Below are positions 50,156 through 60,034 of a stretch of 64,000 nt of DNA, piece after piece; the first letter of the stretch is position 1, and the number at the start of each line of letters is the position of its first letter. The DNA comes from Pseudothermotoga sp. (GTDB taxonomy: Bacteria; Thermotogota; Thermotogae; Thermotogales; DSM-5069), in assembly GCA_031962025.1 (NCBI GenBank), contig JAVRKW010000006.1. One strand, written 5' to 3'. Below the pieces are notes generated by a model that made no database searches, was not told where the DNA came from, and saw only the letters and a program-made list of their open reading frames with translations. Position numbers and translations under genes: made by a program.

Positions 50156-50343
50156 AGGTATTGAGTGCATAAAACTCCATCTTCTTCAAGATGGAAAAAT
50201 GCACTCTTTCCTCCTTTCTAACATCAATTTTCTTGTTTTTTCTACATGTTTTTTGTCAGAGAACCCATCGCAGAATGTTCATTGATTGAGGTTAATCAAC
50301 TGTGGCTTTTTCAAGCCCCGCTTTTATAAGCGATGAGTATGAC
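50156..50343 (-). mobile_element. Miniature IscB/HEARO-like (IS200/IS605) element, copy 2
   Basis: Minus strand: GTCATACTCAT-CGCTT-ATAA-AAGCG-G-GGCTT-GAAA-AAGCC-ACAGTTGATTAACCTCA (HEARO-like 5' end) ... GAAAGGAGGAAA-GAGTGCAT...ATGCACTC hairpin, 7 nt, ATGAAA. Confidence 0.65.
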
Positions 50344-50585
50344 TTTTCGTGCCTTTATTGAGATTCAGTTCGTGACTAAAATAATTATAAACTCTATTTC
50401 TAAAGCTGGTTTATGCAGAAACCGATTTTTAAGTGTAATTCTTGTGCACGGTAGTTTTTCTGGTGCATTTTCATTAACGAAAAAGTAAACTTTCTGGTGT
50501 TTATCATCTTCAAAAACATGTCAGTTGTGTTGAGAACCTTATATATCAGGTCAAAAGATGTAGAATGGTAAAGGAGGTGTCTGAT

Positions 50586-50924
50586 TTGAAAATCGGTAGC
50601 TACAAAGATATTCAGCCGCAGAGTTTTTTCGATGGTAAGGTTTTAAAGCGAGTTCTTGTAGGTCCAAATGACAATTCGCCAACTTTTGCGATGAGACTTT
50701 TCACACTCAAACCAGGAGCAAGTACACCATATCATTCCCATGATTGGGAACACGAGGTTTTTGTTGTAGATGGAAAAATAAAGGTCAAATCAAAAGATGG
50801 AGAAACAGTGGTTGAAAAAGGTGCTTTCGTTTTCGTGGAACCAAATGAAGAACATCAATTTACAAATGTCGGTGATAAATTCGCACACTTTATATGTGTT
50901 GTGCCAAATCGCGGTGAACAGTAA
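50586..50924 (+). CDS. Cupin domain protein (TM1459-like)
   Basis: KRVLVG, FAMRLFTL, HSHDWEHEVFV, FVEPNEEHQF; TTG start after AGGAGGTG. Confidence 0.88.
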   Translation: MKIGSYKDIQPQSFFDGKVLKRVLVGPNDNSPTFAMRLFTLKPGASTPYHSHDWEHEVFVVDGKIKVKSKDGETVVEKGAFVFVEPNEEHQFTNVGDKFAHFICVVPNRGEQ

Positions 50925-50980
50925 AACAAAATCCGCAAAAAGATACTGGTATCTCTCAATAATGAATTAGAGGTGTTTTT

Positions 50981-52389
50981 ATGCAAAGAGACACAAGGGG
51001 TGTTTCACTTCTTCGGTCCGATCCCAAGAAAGCTGTCGTGAAGTTATCTCTGCCAATGATGGTGGCTCTGGTTGTTCAGGCTCTATATAATCTTGTTGAT
51101 AGCATCTGGGTAGCAGGACTTGGACCTGAGGCGCTTGCGGGGATTGGGCTGTTTTTTCCTATTTTCATGATCATACTGGCTTTTTCCGGTGGAATCGGTG
51201 TCGGCGCAAGTTCCGTTATATCTCGAAAGATAGGAGAGAGAAACAAAAAACAAGCCGATTCTGCAGCTACCTGTTCTATAGTCTTGCTATTATTTTTGGC
51301 ATCAGCGCAACATCAACGGTGTATCCTTTCCTCGGCTCTGTTTTAAAACTAACAGGAGCCAGCGGTAGGACATTCGAGCTTGCAGTAAAGTATTCCAGAG
51401 TAATGCTTGTGGGTATAACACTCTTGATGTTTAACAACGTGGTAAATGGGATACTCAGAGGCGAAGGTGACACAAAAAGATCAATGAATGCCATAACCCT
51501 TGGAGCAGTTTTGAATATTTTCTTAGATCCTTTGTTCATATACACCTTCGGCTGGGGTATTGAGGGGGCAGCTTATGCAACCGTTGCTTCGATAGTTGCT
51601 TCAACCCTTTTGATGGCAAACTGGTTGTTTTTGAAGAAAAATACTTATGTTTCACTCAGCTTTAAGCATTTGCGTGAGGGTAGGCAGATAGTGATTGATA
51701 TACTGAGGGTTGGAATACCAACGTCTTTTGGCCAAATAATCATGTCTACATCTAATTTTGTGTTGAATAGATTCATCATAGTAGCTGGTGGAGATATAGG
51801 TGTTGCCATTTTCACAAGTGCGTGGAGAATCATAAATTTCGGCACGATACCATTGATGGGTATAGCAAACGCCGTGACTTCTGTAACCGGTGCAGCCTAT
51901 GGTGAAAGAAATTCAAAAAAACTGGAAGAAGCTTACCTTTTTGCGGTGAAATTTGGTCTTATCATTGGTCTGTGCACAATGACGGCAGTGTTTTTGTTTG
52001 CTTCAAAGATAGCATTTGTATTCACCTATTCGAAAAGTGCCAGCGTTCTTTTCCGAGATCTTGTGAATGCCCTGAAAATTTTGAGCTTTTTCATCCCCAC
52101 GGTTCCATTTGGAATGTTTACTTCTGCTATGTTTCAGGGTATAGGTCATGGAGTTAAAAGCCTTGCAGTTTCAATTCTCAGAACGGTGGTTTTGCATGTT
52201 TTCTTTTCATGGCTCTTTGTGTTTGTTTTGAATTTAGGTTTAAAAGGTGTGTGGTGGGGAATGTTGTGTGGGAATATGGTGGCAGAAGCTGTGACTTTTG
52301 CGTGGGGACTTGCGACTCTAAAGGGTTTGAGAAAAATTTTCCAGATGGAGAAAAACAGGATTGATGCTGTTGAAACAAACGTGCTGTAG
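50981..52389 (+). pseudogene. MATE family efflux transporter split by a 1-nt frameshift near 51283-51300
   Basis: The 50981 ORF (LSLPMM, YNLVDSIWVAGLG) and the 51319 ORF (LRGEGDTKRSM, LNIFLDPLFIY) are consecutive parts of one MATE in different frames. Confidence 0.85.
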
Positions 52390-52423
52390 TTCTTCATATT
52401 TGTTTATCTCATCTGCTGATGAT

Positions 52424-53152
52424 TTAAAAATTTAAAGTTGTTATACGCAGGGTAGATAGATCACTTCTCATGATCAGGTTCAAATAATAAATCGGCTCAG
52501 TCTGGTTTTGGACATAGATCCAGCGTTGCATATGCAAAATCTGAGTTTCTTCAGGCAACATCAACAGTGACCTTTCTTCTTTCTCTGCTATACGCGGGAT
52601 TATTATTTGCTCAACCTTTGATATCGATATGTCTGTTTCATTGACGAGTATTTTTGCGATGGATTTTGACAGATCTTTATCGTCAAAGATGGATGCAATT
52701 TCTGGATGAAAGTACGAATCTTCAATTGCCAAAGGTATTTCATCGACATAGCGTAATCTTCTAAGGTAAAGGCATTTTGATGTATGCCTGAAACGAAGAT
52801 TTTGTTTCAATTTCAAATCAAGATCTATGTATTTTTTCTCAATTACAGTGTTTTTGGAGTGGATATTAAAAGTCTCCAAGGCATAGCTTAAACTTATCAG
52901 AGGCTCGAAACCAAGAGATGGTCTTATTCTTTTGACAAAGGTGCCAACTCCGTGTTTTTTGACAAGATATCCTTCCAGAACAAGACTATCTATAGCTGAT
53001 CTGACAGTGGCTCTGCTGACTTTGTAGGTTTTCATCAAATCAAATTCTGTGGGAATTTTTTCTCCCTCTTTCCAATCGCCTTTCAATATCTTTTCTTTCA
53101 GTTCCTGTTTCAGCTGAACATAAAGAGGCATAGCACTTGTTTTATCTATCAA
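52424..53152 (-). CDS. GntR/HutC family transcriptional regulator (UTRA domain)
   Basis: PLYVQL, IPTEFDL, VSRATVR, HGVGTFV; C-terminal UTRA-like region. Confidence 0.92.
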   Translation of the reverse strand: MIDKTSAMPLYVQLKQELKEKILKGDWKEGEKIPTEFDLMKTYKVSRATVRSAIDSLVLEGYLVKKHGVGTFVKRIRPSLGFEPLISLSYALETFNIHSKNTVIEKKYIDLDLKLKQNLRFRHTSKCLYLRRLRYVDEIPLAIEDSYFHPEIASIFDDKDLSKSIAKILVNETDISISKVEQIIIPRIAEKEERSLLMLPEETQILHMQRWIYVQNQTEPIYYLNLIMRSDLSTLRITTLNF

Positions 53153-53305
53153 CTCATCATTCCTCCAAGTTATTTTATCAGAAATGAACTACTGGGAATA
53201 CGATGTAATATTTTTGAGTGATGCTAAGTTGTACAAAAATAGTTGGTGAATCTGCTCAAAAAGCCTAAACCTTCTTGAAGGTGACCAGAGGCGATCTGGT
53301 GCTTT

Positions 53306-55024
53306 TTATGATATTTTCCTTTTTTGTGCATCACTTAGGTCTAATCCAAGTGTTCCTCCGGGGTTCATGATGTTGTTGGGATCAAAGTATCTTTTTAAGG
53401 CTTTCATCACTTCAAGCTGATTTTTGCCTATGCATTCTTCGAACCATGGTGCGAACAGTTTTCCTATTCCGTGGTGGTGGCTCAACGCCGCACCGTGTTT
53501 TACTATGTTGTCGAGTATCCCGCTCTGGTATTCAACAAACTCTTCGATGCTTTCAAATTTCCCTATGAAGATGAAATACAGGTTGGTTCCCTGAGGATAG
53601 AAATGTGAACAATGGCTCATAACGATGGTTTTTGGTCTTTGTTTGCAGTATTTTCTGACATTTTCCCAAACATATTCAACCTGATCCCACGCCACAGCGC
53701 ATTCGAGTGTATCTATGACTATGCCAAAATCATTCAGATCATCTCTGAGGTATGGATCTGTAAATCTGCCGTGTTCCCATGATTTTGCCACAAAACCTGT
53801 TGTGTACATCGCACCATATCTTCTTGCCAGCTTCATTATGTTTCTTTTGACGTTTTTTGCATAGCTTTTCTCTCCCTGCGCAATTCCAAGGAGCAAACAT
53901 CTTTTCATGGGTTTAAAGCCCCGAAAGCTTATCATTTTGTCTATCAGTGTACCTTCAACACCATAGAGTTTTAACGCGACGTCTGTTTCCTCGGGGTCTG
54001 ATAATCTCATTACCGAAGGAACACCAAATTGAGATTGCATTATCTCCCTTGTTGCTTCTATCGCACTGTGAAAATCTGGAAAGATTAAACTGAATCTTTG
54101 ATCATTTTCCGGAAGATATCTGAAGATTTTAAGCGTGGCTGAGACAAGTAATCCATAAGCTCCCTCGCTACCAATGAAGATTTGGTCTATCGATGGACCA
54201 AGAGCAGCCCTTGGATATTCTTTTGTAATGATCTCTCCTACGGGGGTTATGTATTCCTGACAGACTACAAGGTCTTCAATTTTCCCATAATACGTCGAAT
54301 TCTGCCCTGCACCTCTTGTGACGATCCATCCGCCAACGGTGGAGCCCTCAAAGGACTGGGGCAGATGACCGCAGGTGTATCTGTACTTTGCGCCGAGTTC
54401 TTCAGGTGCGTTGTTCAGTTTTCTTTCAAGTTCTGGACCGTAGATACCCGGTTGAACTGTGACGGTGTGGTTGATTTCGTTCAGTTTGAGAATTCGATTC
54501 ATGTGTTTTGTGAAATCTACGCAAACACCGCCATTTACACATTCAGTTCCTCTTGTTACTGTTGAGCCTCCTCCCCTTGGATAGATTGGTATTTTGTTTT
54601 CACTGCAGTACTTTACTATTTCTACAACGTCTTTTTTATCTTTTGGAAATAAAACTGCATCTGGGAGGTTTTCTATTTTCTTTTCTCTCAATCTCATTAA
54701 ATCAAGCATGGTTTTTCCAAAACTTGCTTTCACCCTAGAATAGTCATCTGTTTTCACATTCTCTGCTCCAAGCATGTTTTCGAAAGCTTGAATGTGTTTT
54801 GGTGAAAGCTTAATTGGTATATCGACCTTCACCTGTTCAAAACCGGGATTTACATGATGTTCGAAATGTTCATCGGATAATTCAAAGACCTGCTTCATCA
54901 ATCTGTAGAGCCTTTTGTTTGGGTGTTTGAAAAAATTTGGATCTCCCCATTTGAAGATTGATCTGTAAGAACCAGCAGGAGGTGCCTGCTCAATCCATTT
55001 TGGTTGAAATTCCATTTCTTTCAC
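53306..55024 (-). CDS. FAD-linked oxidoreductase, alkyl-DHAP synthase-like (VAO/PCMH family)
   Basis: PRGGGSTV, GHLPQSFEGSTVGGW, RGAGQNSTYYG, GSEGAYG, SHFYPQGTNLYF, SHHHGIGK. Confidence 0.85.
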   Translation of the reverse strand: MKEMEFQPKWIEQAPPAGSYRSIFKWGDPNFFKHPNKRLYRLMKQVFELSDEHFEHHVNPGFEQVKVDIPIKLSPKHIQAFENMLGAENVKTDDYSRVKASFGKTMLDLMRLREKKIENLPDAVLFPKDKKDVVEIVKYCSENKIPIYPRGGGSTVTRGTECVNGGVCVDFTKHMNRILKLNEINHTVTVQPGIYGPELERKLNNAPEELGAKYRYTCGHLPQSFEGSTVGGWIVTRGAGQNSTYYGKIEDLVVCQEYITPVGEIITKEYPRAALGPSIDQIFIGSEGAYGLLVSATLKIFRYLPENDQRFSLIFPDFHSAIEATREIMQSQFGVPSVMRLSDPEETDVALKLYGVEGTLIDKMISFRGFKPMKRCLLLGIAQGEKSYAKNVKRNIMKLARRYGAMYTTGFVAKSWEHGRFTDPYLRDDLNDFGIVIDTLECAVAWDQVEYVWENVRKYCKQRPKTIVMSHCSHFYPQGTNLYFIFIGKFESIEEFVEYQSGILDNIVKHGAALSHHHGIGKLFAPWFEECIGKNQLEVMKALKRYFDPNNIMNPGGTLGLDLSDAQKRKIS

Positions 55025-55027
55025 CTC

Positions 55028-56584
55028 TCAACATTCTGGATAACCGGTTATCCTTTGCATGGATCTATACAGTGGACATAATCTGCCATACATCTTTTTG
55101 TAGACATGTTCATACAGCTGAGAGTAAAGTTTTGCACGGTCCTTGTCCGGTATGAATTGTTTGCTGTATCTGACCATCTTTTGAACGGCGTTTTCAAAAG
55201 AAGAGTAGTATTTTATTCCAACAAAACCGACTATAGCTGCTCCAAGACCAGAGCCTTCGTAAGTTTCTCCTCTGACTGTTTCTTTGTTCAAAACATCTGC
55301 CAGTGTCTGGCAAACGAAATCCGATCTTGATCCTCCACCTGTTACCATGACTTTTTCGATGGGTGTGTGAGAAACCTTTTCTATCTTTTCTGCCGCGTCT
55401 TTCAGTGCATAGGAAAGACCTTCTATTATGGCTCTGTACAGATAAGCTCTGTTGTGCACATCACCAAATCCTATGATTGCTCCTCTTGCTTCTGGCATTT
55501 TTAAACCAGCACCCCAGTAAGGTTGAAGCATCAAGCCGAGTGAACCGGGCTTTGTTACTTTCAGCAGTTCATCAAAGACATCTTCGACTTTTATACCTTT
55601 TTCCTGTGCTATTTGAGATTCATAACTGCCAAATTCCTTTTTGAACCAGCTAACCATCCAGAATCCTCTGAATATCTCGACCTCTGGATTGAAACGATTC
55701 GGGATCACAGCAGGGTATGAAGGCATGAATTTCAATGGTTCAAGGTATTTTCTGGAAGTTATCTGCATCGTGGTCGTTGTGCCAAGGCTTGCACATGCAA
55801 GGGATTCTGTCAGGCATCCCATGGCAACAGTTTCACAACCTTTGTCTGATCCTGCGGCTATCAACGGAGTGCCCTGTGCGATCTGAGTCAGTTCTGAAGC
55901 CTTTTTGGTCAAAGTTCCTATTACGGTCGCCGGTTCAACCAAGTCGGGGAGTTTGTCCTTTTCTATCTGAAACAGATAAGGCTGGTAATCGTGCTTTGGA
56001 TCAGCCCATCTGAGTTTTTTGTAATTAAAAGGTATATGACCTATCTGATTGGCAATTGAATCGATGAATTTGCCGCTGAGAAGATAGTGAAACCAGCCGG
56101 AAAGCAGCAAAAATTTGTGGGTTTTCTGCCAGATCTCCGGTTCGTTCTGCCTGACCCAGTTTGCCTTGCATTTTTTTGCCGAGATCTTTGCGGCCTTATC
56201 CATCCCGACGATCTTAAAACCTATTTTGTAATGCAAGGGTAGTTTGATATCAAGCTCAGCCATTCTTTGATCTAACCATAAAATTGCTGGCTTTAATGGG
56301 TTGCCATCTTTGTCCAGAAAAACACAGGTGTCGCGCTGGGTGGTTACTGTCACAGCCGCTATTTTTTTCCACAGAGCGGTGTCTTTTTCTTTAACCACTG
56401 AACAGGCTTTTGAAAGGGCTTTTATGTACACTTCTACATCCTGTTCAGCCCAGCCAGGTTTTGGCGAGATGTAAGTTTGCGGGTATTCCTCTTTGTGCAT
56501 TTGCAACAGTTTACCGTTTGAATCAAAAAGAAGTACTCTCAGGCTCTGCGTGCCGCAATCTATTGTGAGTATCACATCAGACAT
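55028..56584 (-). CDS. FGGY family carbohydrate kinase
   Basis: IDCGTQS, PGWAEQ, ILWLDQR, SLGT, RAIIEG, TGGGSRS. Confidence 0.92.
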   Translation of the reverse strand: MSDVILTIDCGTQSLRVLLFDSNGKLLQMHKEEYPQTYISPKPGWAEQDVEVYIKALSKACSVVKEKDTALWKKIAAVTVTTQRDTCVFLDKDGNPLKPAILWLDQRMAELDIKLPLHYKIGFKIVGMDKAAKISAKKCKANWVRQNEPEIWQKTHKFLLLSGWFHYLLSGKFIDSIANQIGHIPFNYKKLRWADPKHDYQPYLFQIEKDKLPDLVEPATVIGTLTKKASELTQIAQGTPLIAAGSDKGCETVAMGCLTESLACASLGTTTTMQITSRKYLEPLKFMPSYPAVIPNRFNPEVEIFRGFWMVSWFKKEFGSYESQIAQEKGIKVEDVFDELLKVTKPGSLGLMLQPYWGAGLKMPEARGAIIGFGDVHNRAYLYRAIIEGLSYALKDAAEKIEKVSHTPIEKVMVTGGGSRSDFVCQTLADVLNKETVRGETYEGSGLGAAIVGFVGIKYYSSFENAVQKMVRYSKQFIPDKDRAKLYSQLYEHVYKKMYGRLCPLYRSMQRITGYPEC

Positions 56585-58190
56585 ACTCTATCACCTTCGA
56601 TGTGCTTGTTGCCACAAGGTTTGCACCTGTTCCGGCTATGTTTTCAAGAATGATCTCTCCTCTTGCAACAGGTTTTTGAACAACGACTTTTCTCACACAG
56701 TCCATTGCTTCTTTAAAAGATTCAAGTGGTATAGGTCTGTCTGTTTTTACAGGAAGCAGCTTATGGTTGATTGTGGCAACAGTCGTACACAGTATTCGTT
56801 TTGGATTCAAAAGGTCGTTTTTTGCAAATTCAAAGCCTCTTGGACAACTGTACCCGCGAAAATCGTTTTCACCAAAAATCTCAATTTCACATCCCTTTGG
56901 ACATACGATACACACTATTTTTCTGTTAAATCTTTCCATATCTTCTCCCCCCAGACCGGAAAGCTCGATAGTGATTTTACTCTTTACTGATGAAATCTCA
57001 AAATCGACAAATTCAGTTTGCTGTGGTCTAACCGTCTCAAAAGTTTTTTGAGAAATTATTTCATCAGATCTGACAAGCAATTTTGCGTTCCTTTTCTGAT
57101 ATTTTGGTCGGAAAAACAATCTGATTTTTTCACGGCATGGAAGACTGATTCTTTGAGGCACGCAGTAAGCGATATCCTCTGATGGTTCTATCTGCAGATA
57201 CTTTTTAACCGTGAGCAATCCTTTTGAATACATCGCTGCAGATCTTCCTGCGATTTTACCGGTCTGTGTAACATAATCTACAAGATCATGCACATGCAGA
57301 GCATTTCCACAGCTGAAGACACCTTCTACACTTGTCATCATGTTCTGATCGACAACTGGACCTTTTGTTTTTTCGTCCATTTCTATTCCAAGCGACTCTG
57401 CAAGTTCATTTTCCGGTATTAGCCCAACGGCTAAAATCAATCCATCGCACTCTATCGTTTGTGCAGTAGAAGGAATGGGTTTTTTATTTTCATCGACTTT
57501 TGTTATTTCAACGGCTTGTAATCTTTCTTTTCCGAATACTCTTGTAACCGTATGGGAAAGAAACAGAGGAATCTTGAAATCTTCCAAACACTGAGATATA
57601 TTTCTCGCAAGCCCGGATGGTTGCTTTTGTATCTCATAGACTCCAAGCACCTGTGCTCCTTCCAATGTCAGCCTTCGTGCCATTATCAATCCTATGTCCC
57701 CGCTTCCAAGTATTACACATCGTTTGCATGGTAAAAAGCCCATTATATTCACCATGTACTGGGCAGTACCGGCTGTAAAGACACCGGATGGTCTGTCACC
57801 GTGTATGAAGATTTGCTTTGAAGTTCTTTCTCTGCAACCTGTGGCAAGAACGATAGCTTTGCTTTTCAAAGCAAAAATACCTTTGCTGTTTTGAATGGTT
57901 ACACAAAAAGAGTCATTTTCTTTTTTAATCTCAAGCACAAAACTTTGAAGCAAGATATCTATGTCAAGCTCGTTCAGTTTTTCTATATATCTTTCGGCGT
58001 ATTCTGGGCCTGTTAGTCTTTCTTTGAATTCTATTACCCCAAAACCGTCGTGAATGCATTGTTTTAAGATTCCCCCGGGCACTGGTTCTCTTTCCACTAC
58101 CAAAACTTTCGCTCCAGAAATATTGGCTGACACTGCCGCAGATAGTCCTGCAGGTCCTGCACCAATGACAAGCACATCGTATTCAACCAT
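56577..58190 (-). CDS. NAD(P)/FAD-dependent oxidoreductase fused to a DUF1667 (CxxCPxGC) domain
   Basis: GAGPAG, GGILKQCIHDGFG, ATGCRER, GSGDIGLIMARR, GNALHVHDLVD, then CIVCPKGC...CPRG...PVKT. Confidence 0.85.
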   Translation of the reverse strand: MVEYDVLVIGAGPAGLSAAVSANISGAKVLVVEREPVPGGILKQCIHDGFGVIEFKERLTGPEYAERYIEKLNELDIDILLQSFVLEIKKENDSFCVTIQNSKGIFALKSKAIVLATGCRERTSKQIFIHGDRPSGVFTAGTAQYMVNIMGFLPCKRCVILGSGDIGLIMARRLTLEGAQVLGVYEIQKQPSGLARNISQCLEDFKIPLFLSHTVTRVFGKERLQAVEITKVDENKKPIPSTAQTIECDGLILAVGLIPENELAESLGIEMDEKTKGPVVDQNMMTSVEGVFSCGNALHVHDLVDYVTQTGKIAGRSAAMYSKGLLTVKKYLQIEPSEDIAYCVPQRISLPCREKIRLFFRPKYQKRNAKLLVRSDEIISQKTFETVRPQQTEFVDFEISSVKSKITIELSGLGGEDMERFNRKIVCIVCPKGCEIEIFGENDFRGYSCPRGFEFAKNDLLNPKRILCTTVATINHKLLPVKTDRPIPLESFKEAMDCVRKVVVQKPVARGEIILENIAGTGANLVATSTSKVIEYV

Positions 58191-58191
58191 G

Positions 58192-59922
58192 TCAATCACC
58201 CCTTGTTTTAGAAACCACTATATATGAAGCCCCGCCTTTTTTTGTCAGATTCAGTACATCGATCTTTTGTTGTGAGAGTATCTGTAAAATATAAGGTGTA
58301 CAAAAACCTCCCTGACATCTTCCCATGCCACAGCGCGTTCTCCACTTTATACCATCAAGGGTAGTCGCCGGTAGGATGGAATTTACAGCCTTTATAACCT
58401 CGGCTTTTGTTATTCCTTCACACCTGCATACAACAACACCGTAATCTGGATTTTTCTTGATGAGCTTTTGCTTTTCTTCAAGTGGCAGGTTTTTGAACAA
58501 AGGTTCACCTTTTCTGGTGGGTACAAATTCGGTATTTGGCAGAACTTTGGTTTCATCTGATAGAATTTCCACACACATTCTGGCAACATCCTGTGCAATT
58601 GCCGGAGCGCTTGTCAAACCCGGAGATTGTATTCCGGCGGCGTGAACTAAATTCTTCACCTTTGTTGATTTTTCAATTATAAAGTCTTCTTTGTATGTCG
58701 CCGCTCTTGTACCGGCAAAGTACGTTATAATGTCTTTTAAACCAAGACCTTCGACGAGTTTTGCGTGCTTTTTAATCAGTTCATTGAGGCTATCTTCGTC
58801 TGTGCTGTAATCTTCTTTGAAAGGTACTTCTTTTGCGGTGGGACCAAGCAGTAGATTGCCATGAACAGTTGGTATTAAGCCTCCGCCTTTTGTAACTGAT
58901 TTTGCCTGAGTTATGTTTGGCATGGAAATAGTCAACTTTGCAAGGTTCTGCTTTTTACTGTCTATTATTGCCATTATCCCTTTTCTTGGATGTATGGTGA
59001 AAAATCTGTCATTGGCAAGCTCGGCGATGTAATCAGCCCAGAGTCCAGCAGCATTCACAACTACCCTTGGAAAGATTTTTCCACGATTGGTCTGAACAGA
59101 AACGATCTTTTGTCCATCTAATTCCATCGATTCAACAAAGGTTTGAAAACAAAACTCCGCGCCGTTTTGAATTGCATTTTCAGCAAAGGCAAGTGTCATC
59201 TTGAAAGGATCGACGATCCCGGCATTTTTGAAAAGGCAAGCCCAGGCAAAATCGTCGGTTATTTTCGGTTCAATTGATTTCAATTTTGTTTTTGAAAGGA
59301 ATTGAATCGATTCTATTCCGTTTTTTCTGGCTCGAGAATGGATAAGTCCGGCAGCGGTAAAATAAATCCAGTGTTTGAATAAAATAGCCATGCCATTTTC
59401 CTCAAATGGAAAGTCAAGCTGTTTAGAAAGTTCAGGTAGCATCTTCAGCCCGCGCTGGTTGTACAGAGCTTTTTTTGAACCGGGTTTGGGAGCAATCGGC
59501 GGATGAGCCATACCCGCATTTCTTGAGCTTTGGTGCATGGCTATGTCGCTCTCTTTATCGATTACAAGTATACTTATTTTGTATCTTGACAATTCTCTTG
59601 CTATCGTACAGCCCACTATTCCAGCGCCGATGATTAAAACATCGACCCTTTTGTTCTCAAGCTTTCTGTCTTTTAGATTGGGTTTTGATGGTTGATCTTT
59701 CTGAAGACCTTTGCATTCTAACAAATTAACTACATCTTTTTCTGCAAAACGCGATGCGATCTTTCCAGCACTGACTACTTTTTCCCAGTCATCGACGATA
59801 CCTTCAAGAAATATCGAGCCGTCTTTTTCATATACTTCGATGTTTTTTGAGAATTTCTGTTTGAGTATTTTTTCAGCTTTGAGGATAGCGATCACCTCTT
59901 TGTTATACGGTTGTCCGTACAT
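58192..59922 (-). CDS. GlpA/L-2-hydroxyglutarate oxidase-like FAD oxidoreductase with N-terminal BON-like and C-terminal BFD-like [2Fe-2S] domains (start uncertain)
   Basis: IIGAGIVG, NAAGLWAD, PRKG, GIQSPGLTSAPAIA, VCRCE...RCGMGRCQGGFC. Confidence 0.85.
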   Translation of the reverse strand: MYGQPYNKEVIAILKAEKILKQKFSKNIEVYEKDGSIFLEGIVDDWEKVVSAGKIASRFAEKDVVNLLECKGLQKDQPSKPNLKDRKLENKRVDVLIIGAGIVGCTIARELSRYKISILVIDKESDIAMHQSSRNAGMAHPPIAPKPGSKKALYNQRGLKMLPELSKQLDFPFEENGMAILFKHWIYFTAAGLIHSRARKNGIESIQFLSKTKLKSIEPKITDDFAWACLFKNAGIVDPFKMTLAFAENAIQNGAEFCFQTFVESMELDGQKIVSVQTNRGKIFPRVVVNAAGLWADYIAELANDRFFTIHPRKGIMAIIDSKKQNLAKLTISMPNITQAKSVTKGGGLIPTVHGNLLLGPTAKEVPFKEDYSTDEDSLNELIKKHAKLVEGLGLKDIITYFAGTRAATYKEDFIIEKSTKVKNLVHAAGIQSPGLTSAPAIAQDVARMCVEILSDETKVLPNTEFVPTRKGEPLFKNLPLEEKQKLIKKNPDYGVVVCRCEGITKAEVIKAVNSILPATTLDGIKWRTRCGMGRCQGGFCTPYILQILSQQKIDVLNLTKKGGASYIVVSKTRGD

Positions 59923-59955
59923 CCTAATCTTAACTCACTGGAATTTTTTTGTCAA
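59910..59955 (-). promoter_or_regulatory. Sigma70 promoter with an adjacent GntR/HutC-type operator
   Basis: TTGACA (59955-59950)-N17-TAAGAT (59932-59927), followed by the near-palindrome GATGTACGGACAAC (59923-59910). Confidence 0.65.
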
Positions 59956-60034
59956 CATTTTTCTAAAATGAGTGAAAAACATCATCTTTTCAAGAAATTT
60001 CGCCAGAGCTTCTCAAAGGCTCAATTTGCATGAT

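Noticed and set aside
50156..50170. ATG at 50170 (MHSIP) as the dehydrogenase start
   Set aside because: It is buried in the hairpin stem with no SD; the family typically begins at MKV (50155).
53153..53305. Possible further IS-end or riboswitch in the gntR upstream region
   Set aside because: Only weak hairpins (ACCAGA/TCTGGT) and a short TTGTACAA palindrome; no match to the other elements.
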